This document shows positions 22,993-32,000 of a stretch of 32,000 nucleotides of DNA, in pieces. The notes beneath the pieces are model-generated. The model did not search any database. It saw only the letters and a program-made list of their open reading frames with translations, and had not been told where the DNA came from. This DNA comes from Mycoplasma mycoides subsp. capri (lineage in GTDB: Bacteria > Bacillota_I > Bacilli_A > Mycoplasmatales > Mycoplasmataceae), in the NCBI RefSeq assembly GCF_018389705.1, contig NZ_CP065581.1:660001-692000 (forward strand), read 5' to 3'. Made by a program: the position numbers and the translations under genes. The number at the start of each line of letters is the position of its first letter. Within the stretch, counting starts at the first letter, position 1.

Positions 22993-23141
22993 AATTTTCT
23001 CCTAAGATATAAATTAATATAATTCTATAAAAAATTTTTACTAAATAAAAATACTTATCTTTATTTGTTTTTATTAAAAACTAAAAATAATAACTTTAAA
23101 TTAATATAATATAATATTAAAAATATGAAATGAGGGCTATT

Positions 23142-24218
23142 ATGACTAAACATGAAATAATTAATGAATTATTAGAAAAAAATAATGCTGATGCAATTTT
23201 GTTATATTCACCTGAAAATAGATACTGATTTTCTAAATTTCACTCTTCACTTGGATATTTAATTATTACAAAAACTCAAAGTCACTTATTTTTAGATGGA
23301 AGATATATAACAGCTGCTAGAAATAATAAAAATATTAATAAAGATATTGAGTTACATCATTTTTCAAAAAATTTAAAACAAGATCTAATAGATATATTAA
23401 ACCAAAATAATGTAAAAACTTTAGCATTCGAATCTGATTGAACTTATTTTGAACAATACCAAGCTTATAAAAACCACTGATTCAAAGATTTTGATTTAAT
23501 TGGAATTAATTGCTCAAAAATAAGAATGATAAAAGATGATTGAGAAATTGCTAACATAAAAAAAGCTTGTGATATTACCGATCAAGTATTTCAAGCAGCT
23601 CTTGATTTTATAAAACCAGGAATTACTGAAAAACAATTACAAAGATTTATTGATGATAAATTTTTAGAATTTGGTGCTGATAAAATCAGTTTTGATACAA
23701 TAATTGCTTCTGGAGTTAATGGAAGTATGCCTCATGCAGTTCCAAGTGATAAAGTAATTAATAATAATGAATTAATCACTATTGATATGGGTTGTTTTTA
23801 TAATGGATATTGTTCAGATCAAACAAGAACAATTGCTTTAGGTGATGTTGATCCAAAACTAGTTGAAATTTATAATATTGTTTATGAAGCTCAAAGTCTA
23901 GGAATTAGCTTAGTTAAAGAAGGTGTAATTGCTGGAGATATTCATAAACAAGTTTATGATTTTATAGATAAAAAAGGGTATGGAAAATATTTTGATCATG
24001 GATTAGGTCATGGAATTGGTGTTGAAATTCATGAAGAGCCAAGTGTTGGATCAACTGGTAGTGAAGTTTTAAAAGAAAATATGACTATTACTATTGAGCC
24101 AGGAATTTATATTCCAGATTTGGGTGGTGTAAGAATTGAAGATGATGTTTTAGTAACTAAAACTGGATGTAAATTATTAACTTCTTCACCAAGAATTTTA
24201 TTAAAATTACAAAAATAA
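23142..24218 (+). CDS. pepP: Xaa-Pro aminopeptidase (M24B family), 358 aa
   Basis: SFDTIIASGVNGSMPHAVPSDK, LITIDMGCFYNGYCSDQTRTIA, HGLGHGIGVEIHEEPSV, ITIEPGIYIPDLGGVRIEDDVLVT metal-ligand motifs. Confidence 0.92.
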
Positions 24219-24228
24219 TAAATAATTA

Positions 24229-24258
24229 CAAAATGACCAAAAATTGGTCATTTTTTTA
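24229..24258 (+). terminator. Intrinsic terminator
   Basis: AAAATGACCAAAAATTGGTCATTTTTTT. Confidence 0.7.
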
Positions 24259-24416
24259 ATGTCTTTTAATAAATTATTAGTTAATTAAAATCTAGAAATT
24301 AATAAAATAGATAAATAATTTAACAAAAACTCATTTTTTATTTTTTGATTTTAAGCTAAACTAAAAACTATTAGTAAGATGATAAAATATAATCTAGTTA
24401 GAAAGATAGAACTAAT

Positions 24417-25445
24417 ATGAATACAATTATTAATAAAGATGAAAATAAAATCAAACAAATTAAAAAAAATCTAAAAACAAGATTAATTTCAGCAACAATT
24501 TTAGTATTGCTATTAGGTGTTTATTTAGCATTTCCAATATTGTATTACTTTACTAATGATAGTTCTTCTAAACTTATAATTGCTTATAATGTAATTTCAT
24601 TAGTTTTAAGTAGTTGTGTGTTATTTTTATCAATTAGAGAGTTATTAATTTCATTTGAAATTAAAAATTTAGACCAAAAACTATTTATTGAAATTTTAAC
24701 AGTCATTTTATTTTGAATTCCATTTAGTAATATCGAAGCAAAAATTCCAGTTTATAATGATTTAAACTTAAAAGAATATTGATATTTAATAGTAATTGCA
24801 ATTGGTTTATACTTATTTTTAATTACCTTTTTTTTAATGAAATTTTGTAATAAAAACATTTATCAAGTAACTAAAATCATCTTTGTTTTATTAATTATGG
24901 TTCTTGCTTTTAAAGCGATTAATTTTTTAGGTTTTTTAAAAGCATATAACAAAATTTTGTATGGATTTAGTTCTATTATTTGAATATGAGCAACTATTAT
25001 TCTAACTGATAGTTTTGCTTATTTATTTGGAATTAGATTTGGTAGACACAAATTAGCTCCAACTATTAGTCCTAAAAAAAGTTGAGAAGGAGCTATTGGT
25101 GGATTTTTTTCTAGTGTAATTATTAATTTAATTTGAGTTTTAACTATCTTTTTTATTCCATGAACAAAAAGTTTTGCTCCATTTATAGGAATGTATGACT
25201 TATTGTTAAATAAAGATGATAATTTAATGTTAATAACTTATATATTTTTAACTGTTTTAGTTTCTTTATTTACTCAATTTGGAGATTTAATTTTTAGTTA
25301 TATTAAAAGAAGTATCGATATTAAAGATTTTTCTAATTTAATCCCAGGTCATGGTGGAATTTTAGATAGATTAGATTCATTTTATTTTGTCTTTTTTATC
25401 ATTTATATAATTTTACATATTAGTCTAACATTTAATAGAATATAG
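24417..25445 (+). CDS. cdsA: Phosphatidate cytidylyltransferase, 342 aa
   Basis: Polytopic; [33 protein letters not shown] and [39 protein letters not shown] signature. Confidence 0.95.
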
Positions 25446-25453
25446 GAGGTTTT

Positions 25454-28400
25454 ATGCAAACAAAAATACTTGGTATTTTTAAAAAAATCGGTATTGAATT
25501 AGATCAAACTGATTATATTTATTTTAAAGATGCTATTTTAGTTGAAACTCCTAGAATTTCTCAAATTAAAAATAAAGGTTATTTACATATTGAAATTAAA
25601 GATTTTTTACCAATTGATGTTTTAAAAAAAATTGAAGACAAACTAAAAAATAATCAATATTTTAATTTCAAGTTAATTATTGATGTTAAAAACCAACAAT
25701 TTAATAAAGACTTATTAATTCAGTATTTAGAATTTATTAAAATGCATAAGTCTTTATTTAATAACCGCTCTTCTTGAAAATTATTAGATATTTATAATTT
25801 TGAATTAATTAATAATCAATTAGTATTTTTAGTAAATAGTCAAACTATTAAAAATGAAATTAGTTTAGAACTTGATTATTGTTTAGCTAAATTAAATCAG
25901 TTTGGGTTTAAAGATTTAAGTTATTTAATTAATGTTAATGAAATTAGTTTAGATACTTTAGATACAAAACAACAAATTAATAAAACTTATGATAAACCTG
26001 AATATGAACAACAAATAATTAAACCAATTGAAAAAAAACCTAGTACAAATAATAGTTATAAAAACAAAAGACCTAGTTTAGATAAACCTAGTTATAATTC
26101 TTTATTAGATGTTGAAGATGATGCTCAAAATATTGTTATTCAAGGAATGGTTATTAATAAAGAATTTAAATTATCAAAAACTGGAAGAAAAATTTTTTAT
26201 ATAGATATAACTGATTTTCAATCTTCAATTAGATGTATGTATTTTGCAAAAAGTGATGCGTTATGTGAATTTGATGACTTAACTGAAGATGAACTAAAAT
26301 CAAAAGAAATTGAACAAATTAAAGAAAATAAAATTCAAATTAATGATTGAATTAGTGTTAAAGGAAAAACTAGTTTATCTATTTATGATCAAGAACAAAT
26401 CTTTTATATAGATGATTTTAAAAAAATCAAAAAACAAGTTGATTTGAGAATTGATGATGCAAAAATCAAACGTGTTGAATTACATGCGCATACTAAAATG
26501 AGTGTAATGGATGGAGTTAGTGATCCAATTGATTATTTAGAACTTATTAGTAGTTGAAACCATAAAGCAATTGCATTTACAGATCATACAAATGTTCAAG
26601 CTTTTCCAGATATTTATAAAGCTTTAAGTAATGTTAATAAAAAGCGTAGCGATCAAGATAAAATTAAAGCTATTTATGGATTAGAAATGAACATGTTAAA
26701 TAATGATTTATGATATGTTAAAAATCCAAAAAACCAAAATCTAAAAGATGCTAGAATGGTCTTTTTTGACTTAGAAACTACTGGGTTAAGTCCTGAATTA
26801 GATGAAATCATTGAATTTGGTGCTATTGAATATAATTTAAAAACTGGTGAAAGAAAAAAAATCGATATTTTAATTAAACCAAAAACAAAATTAAAAGCAT
26901 TTACTCAAAAACTAACTAACATTACTGAAAAAATGTTAGAAGATAAACCAAGTATTGAACAAGCTTTTAAACAAATAAATGAAATTATAAAAGATGCTAT
27001 TTTAGTTGCTCATAATGCTAATTTTGACTTTACATTTTTATCTTATTGATCTGAAAAACTAGGTTATGGTAAATTAGAAAATACTATTATTGATACTTTA
27101 ACAATTTCAAGAATTATTTATCCTGATTTAAAATCACACAGATTAGGATCATTAGCAAAAAGAGTAAATATTTCATATGATCCAAGTATTGCTCACCGTG
27201 GAGATTATGATGCTGATATCTTAGCTGATATTTATGAAAGAATGCTAGATGAAACGAGAAAAAAAATCAAAATTATAACAGATAGTGATTGAAATAAAAT
27301 AGATCCAATTAATTATGCTGATAATTTAAATTATTATAAAAACAAAGGTTTTCATACTAACATTTTAGTTAAAAACCAAGCTGGATTAAAAGAATTATAT
27401 AAACTAGTTACAAAATCACATACTACTAATTTTTATGCATTTCCAAAAATCTTTAAAGATGATTTAATTCAAATTAAACAAAATAATAATTTATTGTTTG
27501 GAGCAAGTTGTGTTAATAGTGAAATTTTTGAACTAGCTAGAACTAGTACATTAGAAAATTTAAAACAAGCAATTGGTTTTTATGATTATATAGAAATTCA
27601 ACCAATTAGTGTTTATAAAAACTTATTACAAAATGACTCACTAGATTTAGATCAATTAAAGCAAATAATTACAAATATTATTAATATAGCAAAACAAGAA
27701 AATAAACTAGTTGTTGCAAGTAGTGATTGTCATTATACAAATCCTGAACTAAAACAAATTAGAGAAGTTTATATTAATGCCAAAGGACTTGGTGGAATTA
27801 GACATCCATTATTTGATTTTAATAATAGAGTTAAAGATTATCCTGATCAACATTTAAGAACTACAAAAGAAATGTTAAATGAGTTTGAATGACTTAATGA
27901 TGATGATTTAATTAATGAAATTGTAATCACTAATTCAAATAAAATAGCAGATATGATAGATAGTAATGTCATTCCAATTAAAGATGGTTTATTTACTCCA
28001 AAAATTGCTAATGTTAATGAAAAATTAAAAGATAAATGTTATCAAACAGCAAAACAAATGTATGGAGAAATGCTTCCAGAAATTGTTGAAAAAAGATTAG
28101 AAAAAGAACTAGGTTCAATTACAAAACATGGATTTGCGATTGTTTATTGAATTTCTCATTTATTAGTAAAACAATCACTAGATGATGGTTATTTAGTAGG
28201 ATCGCGTGGATCTGTTGGTTCATCATTTGTAGCAACAATGGCTCAAATTACAGAAGTTAATCCTTTAAAAGCTCACTATAGGTGTTTAAATTGTAAATAT
28301 TCAGATTTTAATACAGATCCAACTTATAAGTGTGGATATGATTTACCAGAAAAAAATTGTCCTAATTGTAATCAAAAATTAATTGGAGATGGTCATGATA

Positions 28401-29902
28401 TTCCATTTGAAACTTTTTTAGGTTTTGATGGAGATAAAGTTCCAGATATTGATTTAAACTTTTCTGGTGAATATCAAAACCAAGCTCATAATTTTACTAA
28501 AAAAATGTTTGGTGAAAATAATGTTTTTAGAGCTGGAACAATCTCAACAGTTGCTGAAAAAACAGCTTTTGGTTATGTAAAAACTTATTTTGAAGAAACT
28601 AAAAAAGATGCAAGTTTACCAAGAAAAACTGAAATTAATAGATTAGCAAAATTAGCTCAAGGAGTAAAAAGAACAACTGGTCAACATCCAGGTGGAATCA
28701 TTATTTTACCAAATGAGTATGAAATTGAAGATTTTACTCCAGTAAATTATCCAGCTGATGATTTAAATTCAACTTGAAAAACAACCCATTTTGATTTTCA
28801 TTCAATTCACGATAATTTATTAAAAATGGATATTCTAGGTCATGATGATCCAACTGCTTTAAAAATGTTAAGAGATTTAACAAATATTGATCCAATCACT
28901 ATTCCAACTGATGATAAAAATGTTTATTCATTATTTTCATCTTTACAAGCTTTAAATTTAACTTCAGATAAAATTAATGATGAAATCACTGGAGCTATTG
29001 GGATACCTGAATTTGGAACTGGTTTTGTTAGAAATATGTTAAAAGAAACTCAACCAAAAACTTTTGCTGATCTAGTACAAATTTCTGGTCTTTCACATGG
29101 TACTGATGTTTGATTAGGTAATGCTAGAGATTTAATTAAAGATAAAAAAGCAGATATTTCTACAGTTATTGGATGTAGAGATGATATTATGGTTTATTTA
29201 ATAAGCATGGGATTAGAAAGTTCTTTAGCTTTTATGATTATGGAATCAGTTAGAAAAGGTAAAGGATTAAAAAAAGAATGAATTGATGTTATGAAACAAT
29301 ATAATGTTCCAGATTGATACATTGATTCATGTTTAAAAATTAAATATATGTTTCCAAAAGCACATGCTACTGCTTATGTGTTAATGGCTTATAGAATTGC
29401 TTGATATAAAATCTATTATCCAACTGAATATTATGCAACCTATCTAACAACAAGAGCTGATGTGTTTGATTTAAAAACAGCGCTTGGTGGTTATGATGCA
29501 GTTTTATTAAAATTAAAATCTCAACAACAAAGAGTAAAAAATGGAGAAAAATTATCTAAAAAAGAAGAAGATTTAGAAGTTGTTTATGAAGTTTTATTAG
29601 AAATGTTTGCAAGAGGAATTAAATTTAGTAATATTGATTTTGAAAAATCTGAAGCTACTAAATTTAAAGTAGACATTTTACAAGATAACTCTAAAATAAT
29701 TATTCCACCATTTAATGTAATTGATTCACTAGGTGAAGCAGTGGCGCTTTCAATAATTAATGCTAGAAACACAAAACCAATTACTTCAGTTAATGATTTA
29801 AAAAACAGAACACAAACTACACAAACTCAAATTAAAATTTTTGAAGAATTTAATATTTTAGATTCATTATCAGTTGATGAACAACTTGCTTTTGATTTCT
29901 AA
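25454..29902 (+). CDS. polC: DNA polymerase III subunit alpha, Gram-positive type PolC, 1482 aa
   Basis: [39 protein letters not shown] (PHP), [27 protein letters not shown] (exonuclease), [54 protein letters not shown]. Confidence 0.97.
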
Positions 29903-29914
29903 TAGAAAGATATT

Positions 29915-30565
29915 ATGCAAAAAGAATATATAAAAGAATTAATGTTAAACAGAAAAAGTGCACGTGATTTTGATCTAAATAAATCAATTAGTGATCAAGA
30001 TTTAGAAATAATTTTAACATCTATGAGAATGTCTCCTAGTGCTTTTAATTTGATGAATTTAAGATTATTAATCATTGATAGAAATTGTAGTTTTAAAACT
30101 GAACTTAGTCCTTTATTTTATAATCAGTTAAATTTTATTAATGCTGATAAAGTTATTTTGTTTGTTTCTGATAAAACTAATAAAATTTTAAATCACACTA
30201 TTGATAAAACTGTTAATAAAATGTTTAATGAAACACAAATTGAAATAGCAAATAAATTTAAAAAAAATGTTATTAATGCAACTAGTCAATTAGCACAAAT
30301 TAATGAATTAGATAATTGAAGTAAAACAACTGCTCATATAACTGCTGGAATAGCTACAATTGCTGCTGCTAGTTTAAATATTGATAGTTGTATAATTGGT
30401 GGGTTTAATGCTAAAGTTTTAGAAACTTTCTTTATTCAAAAAAATTACTTATCAGAAGATGAACAAATTGTTTTAACAATGAGTTTTGGATATATGAGTA
30501 AATCAATTAAACCTAAGCCAAAAATTAGAATTGATGAAAATGAATATATTACTTTTGTCAAATAA
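29915..30565 (+). CDS. Nitroreductase family protein, 216 aa
   Basis: IKELMLNRKSARDFDLNKSISDQDLEIILTSMRMSPSAFNLMNLRLLII; AGIATIAAASLNIDSCIIGGFN. Confidence 0.85.
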
Positions 30566-30628
30566 TTTGAAAACAATATCATAAGCATATATAATTTATA
30601 TGTATTAAAAATAATATATAAAGCTAGA

Positions 30629-30660
30629 AGCAAGGTTTTTAATACCTTGCTTTATTTTTT
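30629..30660 (+). terminator. Intrinsic terminator
   Basis: AGCAAGGT-TTTTAAT-ACCTTGCT followed by T-rich tract. Confidence 0.7.
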
Positions 30661-30677
30661 CTAAACTAAGGAGTGTT

Positions 30678-31172
30678 ATGAAAGATTTTGAATCACTAAA
30701 GTTTCAAATTAATGAATTAGTTAACAAAGAATTAGAAGTTTTAAATCTAAAAGTTTATCAAATTAATAATCTTACAGAATTTGAAAACGATATGATTCAA
30801 ATACTAGTTGAAGATAGCTTACAAGCTAATAAACCATTAGATTTTGATATTTTAATAAAAGCAAATGATTTAGTTTCAAATAAAATAGATCAACTAATTA
30901 AAACTAAAGATAAATACTTATTAGAAATTTCAAGTAGTGGAATTGAAAAACAAATTAGAAGTCAAGAAGAACTACTCAAAGCTTTAGAACAATGAGTTTA
31001 TGTGCAACTAAATAATGAAATAAAAAAAGTTAAAGAATTTGAAGGTTATGTAACTAAATATAATGATCAAACAAATACATTTACTTTTTCATTTTTTATA
31101 AAAGGTCAAAAAAAGAATTTAGATGTTAAGTTTGATGATATTAAATTTATAAGATATGCAGTTAGATTTTAA
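30678..31172 (+). CDS. rimP: Ribosome maturation factor RimP, 164 aa
   Basis: [32 protein letters not shown]; located immediately upstream of nusA. Confidence 0.88.
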
Positions 31173-31180
31173 GGAGATAT

Positions 31181-32000
31181 ATGCTAAACGGAACAGAATT
31201 ATTAGAATCAATTAAATTAATAGAAAAAGAAAAAGGAATTAGTAAAGAAAGTATTATAAATAGTCTTAAAGAAGGTTTACAAAAAGCTTATGAAAGATTT
31301 TATGATACTGATGCAATTATTAAAATTGATATTAATGAAAATACAGGATTAATTACTATGCATCAAGAATTAAAAGTAGTTGATGATGAACAACTTGATG
31401 ATGATTGATTAGAAATTACACTATCAAAAGCAAAACTAAAAAATCCTGATATTCAAATTGGTGATACTATTTATAAACCAATTGAATTTAGTGAAGAATT
31501 TTCAAGAATGGTAGTTAACCAAGTAAGACAAATTTTTCAACAAAAAATCAGAGAAGCTGAAAGAGCAAGAATTTATGAACAATTTGTTAGTTTAGAAGGT
31601 GAAGTTGTTCAAGCTAAAGTAGTTGGAATGAATAGAGAAAATAATTATGTTTTAGATATTAATGGTACAACTGCTTATTTATGAAAATCAAAAACTATTA
31701 ATAATGAAATTTTTCAAATTAATGAAATTATTGATGTTTATATTGAAGTTGTTGAAAAAGAAAGCAAATTATCTCAAATCTCAATTTCAAGAACTGCTCC
31801 TAATTTTTTAACTAAATTAATTGAAAGAGAAGTTCCAGAAGTAAGAATGGGAATTGTTGAAATCAAAGCTGTTAGTCGTGAACCTGGAAAACGTTCAAAA
31901 GTTGCTGTAATTACTCATAATAATAATGTTGAACCAATTGGAGCTATTATTGGAGTTGGTGGTAATAGAATTAATAGAATTAGTGATATTTTAAAAGGTG
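31181..32000 (+). CDS. nusA: Transcription termination/antitermination protein NusA (3' truncated by window edge)
   Basis: SIKLIEKEKGISKESIINSLKEGLQKAYERFY, SISRTAPNFLTKLIEREVPEVRMGIVEIKAVSREPGKRSKVAV, PIGAIIGVGGNRINRI. Confidence 0.96.

Noticed and set aside
29584-29772. 62-aa minus-strand ORF
   Set aside because: Antisense within the highly recognisable polC gene.

Overview
AT-rich Mollicutes chromosome segment, most like the Mycoplasma mycoides / M. capricolum cluster. UGA is read as Trp (translation table 4), so most ORFs in the supplied track are fragments of longer genes and were rejoined where the frame is continuous. Housekeeping genes: tkt, ECF-type S component, trmFO, rmuC, trpS, Xaa-Pro aminopeptidase, cdsA, polC, a nitroreductase-like gene, rimP and nusA (3' truncated). 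Accessory or surface genes: a DUF285/PARCEL-type repeat protein, several lipoproteins, a transglutaminase-like lipoprotein with an adjacent alpha/beta hydrolase, a membrane-anchored papain-like cysteine protease, an AlbA_2/Schlafen-type regulator, an SF2 helicase and an HNH-like membrane protein. Most interesting: (1) three tandem ~234 bp units at 119-819, each with a TTGCAA-N17-TATAxT promoter, a conserved 5' hairpin, a covarying long-range helix and an intrinsic terminator (small-RNA gene array); (2) a nine-copy AACACTTAT array (4649-4820) with a repeated 20-12-20-30 bp spacing pattern in front of the AlbA_2 gene; (3) an unassigned GC-rich structured intergenic RNA at about 15822-15937; (4) the HNH-like protein with a C-terminal TM helix. 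Coordinates were counted by hand and may be off by 1-2 nt near homopolymer runs.
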